Below are positions 7,960-18,952 of a stretch of DNA of 20,000 nt, piece after piece. Every line of letters starts with the position of its first letter. The stretch's first letter is position 1. This DNA is from Piedraia hortae CBS 480.64 (taxonomy: Eukaryota), in NCBI GenBank assembly GCA_010093745.1, contig MU006025.1:49628-69627 (forward strand). The letters are read 5' to 3'. Both the position numbers and the translations under genes were made by a program. The notes beneath the pieces are model-generated. The model saw nothing but the letters and a program-made list of their open reading frames with translations, ran no database searches and was not told the DNA's origin.

Positions 7960-10068
7960 TACAAGAGTAGAACCTGTGTGTAGAAGGGAAGATTCTGAAA
8001 ATGGAAAAGGGCAACTGAGCTAGCTCGAATACTCAAGTTGTGTTAAGTGTTTGTTTGCCTGTCTTTGAGACTTGGATGGGACACAGAAACAGGCTGTGGA
8101 TAGCTAGATGCTAGGCAGAGAGAGTGTAGGTGGATGGTACACCTTTTGCTCAGATTCGAAGCTGGTCGACACTGGACATTGCAGATCTACCTCTTCGACG
8201 GACTGTCAGCCATTTCATGCAGACTCTACACCTGTAGGCTGAGAATTATTGAGATAGCAGGCACTAGCCTTGTGCCATTGGGCTGCGATGTTGAGGTTTG
8301 ACTGCATATTCTTCCCACAAGCTTGTAGAAGAAATACGTATCTTGGTGTTCTTACCAGTGGTATAGATTGGTTGTGTTGATTTCAGGACCCAGTGCCGAG
8401 ATCTCGGGTGATGAGGACGGTGTAATATCAAAGCACTCGCGGGAAGAGAGCGGGAAGAGAGCGGGCATCGAGGCGAGAACAGTGCATTTTGCTTGAAGGG
8501 CTTGGCTGCAAGCACATCTCATTCACTTACTCATGCACCGTCCATGAACCTTGATGCATTTTTCTCGGAAAGCCGTTCTGGGTATCATCTCTTTCATGCT
8601 GATGTGTCTCGCCCTCTGGACGACCACGTTGCCCCGTTCTCTCTCACCTTGCCCATACAGCCATGTTGATATCCGTGATACACTTCATCTATGTATGACT
8701 CGAGAGGGACGCTGCCTACAGCTACACTAGAAATCCATCCACCCATAGATTAGTGCACCCACTATTTTTGGTACCAGTCCTTTAACCGCGCGGTTGAGAG
8801 ATAAGCTAGAGGCTATTCAAGCCCATCACAAAAATGGCATAAACTCCAGGGGATACCAAAATTGATCCTCTTCTACACAGCCTATGTAATCACATCTCCG
8901 TCATCCCTGCGTGTCAGTCTACACAATGCCCAGCAACCTCAGTCACAACCTCAATGATTCAGTTTCCGCACAACATCCCTTTTTTTGAATAACTCTACAT
9001 GTTCTACATACTCCTTGACGCGTTTAGTTGCGGGATTTCGAATGTATATACCCAAAAGCCAACCGATTCCACTCTATGGAGCCGTTGATCGACGGTAAAT
9101 ACTCTGCACCTCCCTGTTCAGACGCCCACAGACTTATGTCGGATACTCCAGGCTGTCGTACTGCCCAATGCCACTAGATAACAAATACACCACCGCAGAG
9201 ATTATTCTGTCGGACATTCTTGAGTATATTGATAATTTTGCCCATTTAGTGCTGATCGCCCCTGGTCTTGTCCTACCTGACGCTCTCAGTCCTATCCCCG
9301 ATGGACGCAATTTCAGGGAAAGAGATGAAGGCTCACCGATTTGCGGACCCTTCTGGACGTGTGCTGCAGTCTTCGTGGTGGGAAAACCTCGGACGAGATT
9401 CGACCGTATGCCTTGTAGTTGGTGGACAGTGCAGGACTCAAACTTAACAACCTGGGTGATAAACGGCCAGACGACCCTGAACTGTTCGGTCAGCATGGTG
9501 CTCCTGATTACCTGAGCAGGCCAGGCGCCATCCTTGGTTCATCAACCAATTGTTGGCAGCAGTCCTTCGCGCAGGACAACTTGCTGTAGTGTCGTCTTAG
9601 AGTCCAGCAAGCTCGTCGTGCATGCTGAGTGAAGACTGGCAGCTTCAGGGAGGTGATCGTCCAGCCGATCTGTTACTCACCTTCTTAGGTCCTCGCTAGT
9701 GCACTTGAGCCCGAGGTAGTTGATGATTGGGTGCTTCGCAGAAGAGATGTTTGGAGAGGGTCTTACTGTGCGTTTTTCCACCTCGAAGCTGTCGTGCGGT
9801 GGAATCAAGGCATTTGCTGGTCTGTTAGACGGAAGTTGAAGTATAGCGTGAGTAGTTACATTGTAGGTTGGTCTTATGGCCCTTGCAGATCAGTATTCTT
9901 CCATGGATCCAGTGGTGCGTACTGCTCTCGCAGTTGGCAGTACCAATCATCGTAGTTTTCGGGTCCTGTCATGACGATATCGGTTGCGGCTTGATCAGGA
10001 TCTTGTTTCTCAACATGGTGGAAAGACTGATAGCAGGCCTCGATGGCAGTTGTGTTGATGAAAGACAT
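7960..10068 (-). mobile_element. Decayed, internally deleted Ty1/copia retrotransposon (gag, integrase, start of RT)
   Basis: In copia order on the minus strand: gag-like GPENYDDWYCQLREQYAPLDPWKNTD (9874-10068); integrase GGAEYL (~9100), FWVYTF (~9050), GDVIT*AV*KRINFGIPWSL..AYL/LNR (~8790-8900), VQRARHI (~8610); linker PEISALGPEINTTNL/TGK (~8350-8410); RT start WEE..PQHR/QWHKA (~8270) and EEVDLQ (8179-8196). Many stops and frameshifts. Confidence 0.7.
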
Positions 10069-10247
10069 AATAATCAGTTACGTGCTCGAGCTTAAGTTAC
10101 CTGATAGGGAGTATTGTTGCAGCGAATGGCAATGATGCGGACTGATTCATTCGTTGATTTGCAGTGGTCTGCAACTTGTCGCTTCCAAGCTGGGAAATGT
10201 TTGATATTGATGTGGTTGCTTCTCAACATCGGTTGGGCTGAACCCCC

Positions 10248-10821
10248 TGAATGTCAACTAGCGATGAGCACATAATTAAAGATTAGTCCCCTTGGCAATT
10301 GGTCTAGCCATGGCTCATCAGGGTGAGCTTGGAGATAATTGCTTATCTTGTCTAGACCCAACTCTTCACACCTTTACCCTCTGACCTATTACCCACCAAT
10401 AGAAATCTAGATCAACCACTATCGCCCACCACCATGAGCTAAGGTCAGCTCAGTATGTATACAAGTCGAAGTCGTGAGTCATGCAGAACTTACTGCATCT
10501 GGCGGAACGTAGACAATGATTCCATAAGGACAGCAGATGGTCAGAAGAATGGATGGTCAGTGGGATCTGTCCCTCTATCACTCGTAACATCTAGCGGTAG
10601 GAGTGTAATTCTTACAGTGCGTCTTCCGTACAACCTAACCCCTGAAATGAGATGCAATCATCTCGCGTTGCCAATTTTCTCCGTCGCTACCACAGATCAT
10701 CGGTCTTCGCTTCTGACCTAATCCTTTTCGTGTTGGTAATCTTATCAAAGGTTTCCTGCGCTTACTCTTTGGGAAACAAGGTATAACAAGCATTGCGGTA
10801 GATATGGACGGCACAGAGGTA
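10248..10821 (-). mobile_element. Candidate LTR between the two copia relics
   Basis: On the minus strand it follows a 15-nt purine tract AAGAAGAAGGGGAGG (10836-10822). It ends at CA, followed by GGGGGTTCAGCCC, which weakly resembles the copia GGTTATGAGCCC-type PBS, and then the gag ATG at 10068. No second copy was recognised in the window. Confidence 0.3.
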
Positions 10822-12060
10822 CCTCCCCTTCTTCTTAGAGGTAGTCCTAAAGGCCTGAACTGTGATCGATTGCTGCCCAGGCCTAATGATGTTGCTTTCG
10901 ATCGGTTTCGGCAAGGTTTTATTCAGGTTGTTGGATATATTAGGTTGCACCTTAGCCGGACTCTGAGCGTCTCCATCTCTTGATTGAGAGTCAGTACATC
11001 TGCTATAGGGAACTGTCGATGCTTTTTTGCTCTTACCACACTCTGGATGCCAATTAGGGCTTCTGTTCTAATAAACAGCGGCACCTCGCAGGTGTGTCCG
11101 TATATACGCGTGTCTAGAGCTACACAAGATAATTCCTAAGTGCCCAAACCCTGGCCAGGGATGTGTGTCATTACCTGCGGATCGCTTCGCGGCGGCATGT
11201 ACAACAGCTTCAATTATTTACCAAACCCTGTGTTCCTCAACGGGTTCGCCGTATACGGATAGCTTATAGCATGCTTTCTGAGCCTGCGGGGTGTCACTGG
11301 GTTGATTTGCGTTTCAGGCTTGTAAAATAGAGTTTCGAAGCTCATTGATCATCTTCGAAAGCGTTTGTTAAGGTCGCTAGGTTTGAGAGATGTACTCGAG
11401 ATCTTGGGCTTGGGAGTTGCTCATGGAAAATCCTTTGATTTTTGGAGATCTACCTCTTCCATTTTAACAACATGGTTTTTCAGAGAAATTGGAGCGTGCC
11501 TGGTTCTTGTAAACGTTCGGTATAATTTCCCATTTCGTTTTAATCAACTTCATGATGGCTCACATGGGTTAGATCGAGTCAAGCCTGCAGTAGGCGAGTT
11601 GTCGCCTTAAACACTGCAACGGCAAGCAAAGGAATTTTCAACGTCGACGTCTTTATATGGCTCATCCTATTGCCCTGGAAGTTGATGACGGCATTCTTGA
11701 AATCTCCCACCTCCAGGTTAAACAGGTGTGATTGATGTTTTGCCTGTGTGAATGGCACCGACTTCCCAAGGCTATGTCAAGTTGCAGTGAAAGTTCCACC
11801 TTAAGTAATGCGCGTTGGTGAATGCGGCCGACAGCCCGCAGTGGAGCAGCTTGGCGGCGGGGTAAATATCTCGTGCATCGTCGTTACTTCACACATATCT
11901 TTCTTTCAGGAATCAGAAAACACGCCTCTCACCGGGGCTATTGCCTCGAGTGTTGGCGCTCAAGGTGTTCAACAAATCTGTGGCATCGGGGACGATCGTC
12001 GATGCTGAAGCACTGGGCTGCTTGGTAAGTGCCTCGCGGGCAGTTTCGAGAGCGACACCA
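10822..12060 (-). mobile_element. Second decayed Ty1/copia pol relic (integrase end, RT, RNaseH)
   Basis: GVALETAR...ATDLLNTL...SPGER (integrase core end), LIPERK..ARDIY (~WIP...ARDV.F), WEISRMPSSTS..RRRR linker, SLKNHVVKMEEVDLQ, IYTD, NNLNKTLPKP (~ADGLTK.LP), then a PPT-like tract. Bases 11442-11459 match 8179-8196 at 17/18 nt. Confidence 0.65.
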
Positions 12061-12193
12061 CATCATACAATGTTTCTTCTCGGATAAAAGTGATGAGTGC
12101 TTGCTTAGTTTGGGGTGAATGAAAGTCTGCATCATCACGTCGACTTTCTGAGCTTTTGTGATAGCGTACGTACGTACAACCAGGATTACCCCC

Positions 12194-12212
12194 CTCTCTC
12201 TCTCTCTCTCTC
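12194..12212 (+). repeat. (CT)9 microsatellite upstream of the dynein IC gene
   Basis: Read directly; CT-rich tracts are common in fungal core promoters. Confidence 0.9.
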
Positions 12213-12416
12213 ACCTCCCTCCTATCCTCCTGCCTCCGGCGCCGTTCCTCCTCCACGGCCCGTTCTAGCCCTTCCAGACACTGTCATACGTCACACCTGT
12301 CACAAATCTCACACTTTGTTTCGGATGGAAGGTGGGGCAGTGGGGTTCGCGACCTGTCAAGCGGAATTAGTCCCGCTGTCCTGACACGACAACACACGAA
12401 GGGCCAGATCTGCGCC

Positions 12417-14382
12417 ATGTCCACGCTGCAGAGTCGCCAGGCAGAGATCCAGGCGAAAAGGGCAAAGCTCGCCGAATTAAAGCGGCAAAGAGAGCTGAAG
12501 GCGCAGGAATTGAAGAGTGGCCGCCAGAGCATTGGGGAAGAGGTAAGTCTCTCCTTCTAGGGGAAGCTATGCTGAGTGACCAAAGCCAGGCATCTCCAAG
12601 CCGTCAGTCTCGGCAAAGGAAGACATTGACTCTCTTATATCCAGTCTCGTTTCCCCGGCCAAAACTCCTGTCAAACCTCCCGCCAAAAGCCCCGCCGTTA
12701 CCGAACAAGATGAAACTCCCCCAAGGAGATACCAGGATGCAGCGACCGACACGCAGTCGTTGGAACAGACGCCGATACAGCAGCCAACATTTGAGGCGCC
12801 GCCTAAGCCGGAGACGATGATGTATTCCAAAGGTGTGCAGACAAGTCTTGAAGAGAGTGAAGAGGACGAAGGCTCCAGAAGGAAGAGGAAGTTGAGCGCG
12901 AGAGAGCGAGATGTGGAGGTGGAAAAGCTACGCCAGGAGATTGAAGCCGAGCTGAAGGCGCTCCACAAGCTTGAGGCAGATGAACCGGAGCCCCGGCGCA
13001 TCCGACCGTTACCGGCAGAGGAATTGCAAGCCGTAGCAGCGTCCCAAGAATTTACATCTTTTATAGAGCGCAGCAGCAAGGTGGCTGAGCGCGCACTGGA
13101 TGAAGATTACGACATTCTTGCAGACTATTCCCTCCGCGAGGGCATCCTCCAGGACGGGGACAGCACTCTAGCCGGTCTCAGCGTGCGGGAAACGGCGTCA
13201 TTCTCGCTGCCAGACTCAATGGGAACTCACCGTATGATCAGCAGCCTGGATTTCTCGCCCAAATACCCCGAATTGCTGTGTGCAGCGTATACCAAAAGCC
13301 AGTCAAATCCTCATACGCCTCCAGGCCTCCTGAACGTCTGGAATCTGCACCTCAAAACGCGCCCAGAGTACAGTCTACATTCCACCAGTGACATTCTCAG
13401 CTGCATATTTCATCCTTATCAACCTAATCTCCTCTTGGGCGGAACCTATACTGGTCAAGTATGCCTCTGGGACATCCGTACAGGCACCGGTCAACCCGTT
13501 TCCAAAACGCCTCTGACTGGTGGACGCTCTGGTCACGCTCACCCCATCTATTCCCTCTGTGTCGTCGGTACTCTGAATGCCAGCTCAATCGTCTCTGTCT
13601 CCACTGATGGAGTCGTGTGTTCCTGGACCCCAGAAATGCTCTCTCTGCCCCAAGAGTATCTAGAACTCCACTCAACTAGCCCTGCTCTCTTCAAAACCGA
13701 CGAAGTTGCACCTACCTGCATATCTTTCCCCGTAGGGGATCCCACTGTCTTCCTTGCCGGAACTGAGCAGGGTAGCATTCTCCCAGTGCACCGATATGAC
13801 CGAGCCCATGCTAAAGCAGGCGTAGACACGCGTGTAGTCTACAGAGGCCACACCGCGCCTGTGACGGGAGTGCACTGCCATCCTTCACGCGGACCCATAG
13901 ACCTCGCAGACCTATGCCTATCATCAGGACTAGACTGGAGCGTCAAGCTCTGGCGCACGAGACCATCCGCAACCAAAGAAGAGGTCGTTGCTCCATTAAT
14001 ATCGTTCGAAAAAGAAGACCCCGTGTACGACGTCATGTGGCATCCACTCCGACCCGGCGTCTTCGCAACTGTCGACGGCGCAGGCCATCTAGACATTCAT
14101 GACTTGGTCAGGGATAAAGAGAGCTATGTAGCTAGAGCTACCACCGGCGAGAGTGATGCATTGCAAGGTAGAGAGGTTCAAGCCTCTGCTCAGACTTCGC
14201 GGCTTAAATCCCTAAATTGTCTGTCATGGGAAAAGACTGCTGGCAAACAGGTTGTTGTGGGTGGATTGGAGGGTAAGGTGACTGTTTTTGAGCTCGGACA
14301 GGATCTCACCGGGCCTGAGCCGAAAAAGGAGGTTTGGTCAGGCCTTAGAAGCTGGATTAGAGGGGGCGCTAAAGCTTTGTGA
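12417..14382 (+). CDS. PAC11: Cytoplasmic dynein intermediate chain (Pac11/NudI-like), about 640 aa; exons 12417-12542 and 12586-14382
   Basis: N-terminal charged helix QAKRAKLAELKRQRE, DIDSLISSLV, LC8-type motif YSKGVQT, FIERSSKVAERAL, then WD40 repeats (FSPKYPEL, GHAHPIYS, VSTDG.VCSW, LSSGLDWSVKLW, VYDVMWHP.RPGVFA.VDGAG). The GTAAGT intron at 12543 must end at AAG 12585 to keep frame. Confidence 0.94.
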
Positions 14383-14854
14383 GCAACTGTAATGTTAATT
14401 GCTGACTGGACGGTACAGAACGTGATCTTGTGGGACTTTGGGGACAACGGCTGTTACAGGTTGCACAGAATGTACTAGTGGAGAGACGATATCCAATCAT
14501 CCTGGCTGTGGATTAGCGAACATTTTCCTGCCTTTCACATTGCTCTAATCTCCTTGCTTCAGCTGAAGGCGTAATGAAAAGCATCCCATGACATTATCGC
14601 CATTCATGACTTATTGTGTATTTAAGTGTGAAAGGACGTTTCGAGTGTGACTGTTAAGTTCACGTAGGAAATGAAGAGATGATTATAGGAGGCAAGAGAG
14701 CGCTGCAGTGGTGGATTTGCAAAGGATTTCACGTAAACGCGTCGATCTTTGCGGCTTTGATTGTGAAGATTACATTAAATCCATTTTGGACCCGATGTTG
14801 AGGGGCTTTTGGTGAAATTTGGCAGGATTGGTCGCTGTATAAATGTCTGATTAT

Positions 14855-15466
14855 AGCCACTTCCCCGGATACGGCTGGCCGGACCAAGTCTCAAAGTGCA
14901 CCGCAGCGTCAGCCGTCGCACAACATAAGTATTCCCTGGTTTTGCTCCCAGCAACACCTGGCAAGTACCCACACCGATTGCTACTCGTAAGGCTACCGTA
15001 CTTGTTTACGCACAGGCCAAAGGACATGTGTAGTACCTCCACCGAGAATGTCAAGCCAATGCGGACGGAGCCGACACCTCCCACCACCACTTACTTGTGA
15101 TGGTTTGTCCCATTCGAGTACCACCATATACTGATTGGGATGCCTTTCTTTCAGCCAACCCACGCTGCACGCTTCCTCTGCACGTAACTGGCCCGGCCAA
15201 ATTTTTCAAATGCGCTTGATCCATTAGAATCCATAACGAAATTCTCTATCCCAATTTTTCGTGCGTGACAAGCACTGGAAAATCCTCGCAATGTTTACTA
15301 CCCGCCAGGATCCTTTGCGATGTTGCCTTACGCACGGGAGCGCCGACAAACGGAGTACCTCCACCGAGACTGTCAAGGATATTCGGACGTAGCCGACACC
15401 TCTCGCCAATACCTTTCCGTGGTGGCCAGTCCCATTTGTGCGCTACTAAAATGCTGATTGGAATGT
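14855..15466 (+). pseudogene. Two diverged tandem copies (322-bp offset) of a disrupted coding segment
   Basis: Identical 16-mer AGTACCTCCACCGAGA at 15032-15047 and 15354-15369, with flanking similarity. Shared frame: YLHRECQANADGADTSHHHLLVMVCPI vs YLHRDCQGYSDVADTSRQYLSVVASPI. Copy 1 has in-frame stops and copy 2 has frameshifts. Confidence 0.65.
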
Positions 15467-15529
15467 AGGGAGATTGGTGAGTGGATTTCTTTTTCGATAT
15501 TGACTTTTTAGTGAGGTGGGGTGGAGATT

Positions 15530-16300
15530 TTGTTAGGTATGGGAATGTTGTGTTCTGCTGAGCTTCTTTGGTGAAGGAGATTTAGGTTAAGTTCATCCAT
15601 GACTCGGGGTGTGAAGTTGAAGCGATGAACTGTAAATTAAGGCTCGCTCAAGACTGGGTCCGAAAGTTGGGAATGGAAGGTCGGAGCAGGAAGATGTTGA
15701 ATAAGACATGTGTTTTAGGAGCCATAAGTGTCAATCATCTATCGAAGCCCCCTCCCCTCCGACATAAACCCTGCAAGAAATGGAATGAAGGTGTTTGGAA
15801 TATGAGAAGGCAAGAGGATGCACAAACATGACGATATCTTGGGATGTGTCAGGGTACGTGTTGGAACTATGTTGTCGCGCGAGGAGATGACTCCAGGCGC
15901 GCTACCTCTACTACAGAGAGCACGGACCCTGTCGGCATTAGCCGTGACAGGATGAGCAATATAACGCTGTATGGTCTCTTTGTAATAAGCTTACCGTTCT
16001 TTCGACGATCGTTTGTTTCTCCTTTGCAAGCTATCTGTTTGCATGTTCTTTGTCTCTACAGTCGAGCCTGCACTTGCGTTGGACGTGTAAGAATCTCGTC
16101 TAGTTTCCATTTAAACCACAATTTGCCTTGGCGCAGAAAAATCTGTCACAACTCAGGAAGAGGTAAAATTGCACAGATCTGCAAAACGGCAGAGCTTGTT
16201 GACCGATCACTTGTTCACGCAACGTACTAAGGCGCGAACCTTCGCTAATGGCGACCAGTATTTTCTGCTTACGGATCACAACCGTGTCACCCTGGTTTCC
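15530..16300 (-). mobile_element. Decayed Ty1/copia RT-RNaseH relic
   Basis: ILVAISEG..LSTLREQ, LWFKWKLDEILTRPTQVQARL (~WVF+YK.D..G....KARL), YYKET, THPKIS (~TRPDIS), LWLLKHMSYSTSSC (~W.SKKQ..VA.S+CE), PKKLSRTQH (~P..H.RTKH), in the expected order with stops and frameshifts. Confidence 0.6.
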
Positions 16301-16434
16301 GACCTGACCGACAATGGCAGCCATCTTAGGAGACATCTGGGCACTATTGGCGCCGGTTTTGAGTGCCAATGGCAGTCACACTGACAGTAAGTAGCCTCCA
16401 TGCTTCAATTTGTCTGGTGGCCATAGGTGGCCAG

Positions 16435-16474
16435 GATGGTGATTGATGGTGATTGATGGTGATTGATGGTGATT
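16435..16474 (+). repeat. Perfect tandem repeat (GATGGTGATT)x4
   Basis: Read directly. Confidence 0.95.
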
Positions 16475-16707
16475 TGACTGGCTGTCTGTCGTTGGAAGCT
16501 CAGGGACGACCGCCCTGAGCTTTGGTTGACTGGGTTATTCATGACCATGAGAATTAAACAAGAAATTCGCGCTAATTGGGAAGTTTTGGAAGAATGATTG
16601 AACGACGAGTGAGATACTAAAGAGGATCCTTCCCATATATCACACCAGTGATATTCTCCACAAGAGTAGCCGAGGATTATATATCAGCTTTTATCGCTTC
16701 TGCGATA

Positions 16708-18236
16708 TCATTCAAAGTTTCCACGTTGGGAGAGGCGCTCGTAGCCGCCGACCCTTTGGTCATTTTCTCTACTTCGCTGAATTGCTCCTCCTCCGAGTCG
16801 TTTTCGACTAAATCGCGCAGGTATCGCCCCCAGTGGTTCACTGCTGATAGGATCTGCTACATCATTGCGGTTTCCCACTTCAAATAACTCCAGAAGCGGA
16901 GCGTGAGTTTTAAGTATGGCTTGGATCGCTGTTGTTGTAATCGCAGGCCTGCTACAAGATGAGTATTTGGTACTGAATGCTTGAACGTGAAGACTTACTC
17001 TTCCGGCGTATTTCCAAGATACACATTCCCAAGTCTGAGATAAACAAGGTTGGGAAAGAGCACACCAGGCTCGGACTGTAGATCGAGCAATTCAAAAGGT
17101 CCACGAAGGTGACATCTTTTCAAACCGGGACAACTCCTTCCCAAAGAAGTTAAAACCTTCGTTGTTAAAGGATTCTCCGTTCGAAAATCTTCATCGGCAA
17201 GGTATATCATTGCTTCAAACACCAGCGATTCAAGACCGCTCAGTTTGGAGAAAAGATTGGCGTACGCATCATCGTCCTGGGGCATGTCAAAAATCCCCCA
17301 TAACTTCAAATCACGCATCTTGTGCAGGCTTGAAAGACTTACGAGCTCGTCTCGACTCAGTTCAGCGCGATTGGGGAAGAAGTTTATGTGTAATTTCTCC
17401 AGATGCACCAGCTGAGAGATCGCGTGAAGCAAAAGTGGTGAAGACGTTGTGATGCTGAGATCCAGATCCTTCAACTGGTTCCCGATCTGAGGGAAGAGCG
17501 ACGCTAGACTATCATCCACATGCATCTTAAGCTCGTTTAATCTGGGGCGACCAGCAGCTCGACGAGACCCCAAGGCCACTCTGAAATTTGATGCACTCAC
17601 GTGTTTGGGCTTCTCAATCCCATGCCCATTAATTTCCAGATATTCCAAATGGGGGTTGCACTCAAGTATCTCGTACACATGGTCTGTCGTCCAGTTCATG
17701 GGAATGCTTCCAACTAACAGCCGTCTTAAATCTGCGCATTTTACCGCAATGAAAGGCATCAACTCCTCCAGAACAAGCCCATTATATATGTTCAAGGTTG
17801 TCAAGCTGGGCCGGAGAATATGTACAATCATATCTTTCTGCTCCAAGTACTCTCTCAGGCCGTGGCGAATCGTCAAGCTTCGAAGGCGCAGGAATGATAG
17901 TTCTTCTACATTATCCAACACCTTGCGTTTCGTGCTGTTTATCTCCAATTCTTGGATAAGAGCAGCATACTCATGTTGTCGAGAAGTGCTGGAAATGTCG
18001 GCGAGCGCGGACAGAGATGCCTTGCGCCAAAGGACACTGCTAGCTACAGCCGCCCACGACTTGCAAACAAGTGAAGAAGCAACAAGTGAATTGCGCCATT
18101 TTCTTGGTCTATGCTTGTTTCCTAAATTGTCTCGTTTCGGCCATCGCATGGAATATTTCTTAACCGTATCCTGAACCTCCGTGAGGTCATTGAAAATTCG
18201 CAGCAAGATTTCTGGTGGGAATTCGGCAATAGACAT
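16708..18236 (-). CDS. F-box protein with LRR/RNI-like C-terminal region, about 493 aa; exons 18236-16999 and 16951-16708
   Basis: F-box MSIAEFPPEILLRIF...LVASSLVCKSWAAVASSVLWR; repeats LRSLTI, LTTLNI, LEYLEI, LKDLDL, LEKLHI, CPGLKRCHL, FPNLVYLRL. The ORF stop at 16995 overlaps a GTAAGT donor (16998). A 47-nt intron to TAG (or 50 nt to CAG) continues as RPAITTTAIQAILKTHAPLLELF. Confidence 0.8.
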
Positions 18237-18952
18237 GTTATTGAGGAAATCAGAGAGCGTCGACTCCGCGGTGCATGTAGCTTGATATAAAAGCCGCCAC
18301 CAAGGCTGAGGCGATGACAAGGCTGAAGCCACCATGACGTTATATGCTAACACATCTTGCTCGCTCGGGATTCAACTCCATCAATTAGGATGGGGGGCAT
18401 TCTCGAGTCCTGGACGATGCTTGTATCAAGAATTGACGATCTTAGATAATCTTCAATATAATCCCACTGGGGAAGGGCTATTCTCTAGAAGCAGGATCGT
18501 TGCTGATTATCGCGGTGCAGCGTGTCTGCGATACTAGTTGAAAATGCCATAGGTAATACCTCAGAACATACATACAACGTAGGTGACTACGTAGGGACTC
18601 TTGCTGCGGTATCATACAAATATTCAGAACTGTGATGGTAGTTGTCTTGCATTAATAATAATGGTGGAGCGTAGTCCCATAATTTCCAAAAACTTCTCTG
18701 ACATGCACAGGACGGGAATTTTTGTGACCATATTTATTTGAGGGAACTCACTCTCTCCCTACTGCGAGGGACGTGATGCCTCGAGCACACAAGTGTGGTA
18801 GACGTAAAGGCGTATATACGCACGAGAGCCGAGTGAGAGCAGCTGGTTCCATGAAACTGAGATAACTGACTGCATGCTTAGCTCGGCCAGTAATTTCAAC
18901 GTCGTCTGTTCATATAGCTGACAAAGCAGCTCATTCGTTCGTCATGCTGGAC

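Noticed and set aside
10290..10330. CTGATGA on the minus strand (hammerhead core or box C)
   Set aside because: No GAAA after the putative stem II and no suitably placed CTGA box D.
15850..15931. Three-way junction (CAGGGTACGTGTT/AGCACGGACCCTG) with a 4-bp stem and 5-nt loop, like telomerase CR4/5 P6.1
   Set aside because: The loop consensus fits only the strand where the helix order is wrong, and the segment lies inside a copia RT relic.
16255..16312. GGTCAGGTCGGAAAC on the minus strand, like SRP helix 8
   Set aside because: The AGCAG partner is not placed after the tetraloop, there is no Alu-like 5' end, and it overlaps the TE relic.
16435..16474. Repeat array as CRISPR or telomeric tract
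   Set aside because: No spacers, eukaryotic context, and the unit is not TTAGGG-like; it is a simple minisatellite.
18630..18710. C/D snoRNA-like layout (GTGATGG...CTGA with CTGTG/CACAG ends)
   Set aside because: Box C is imperfect and I found no convincing rRNA complement of 10 nt or more; a snoscan run would settle it.
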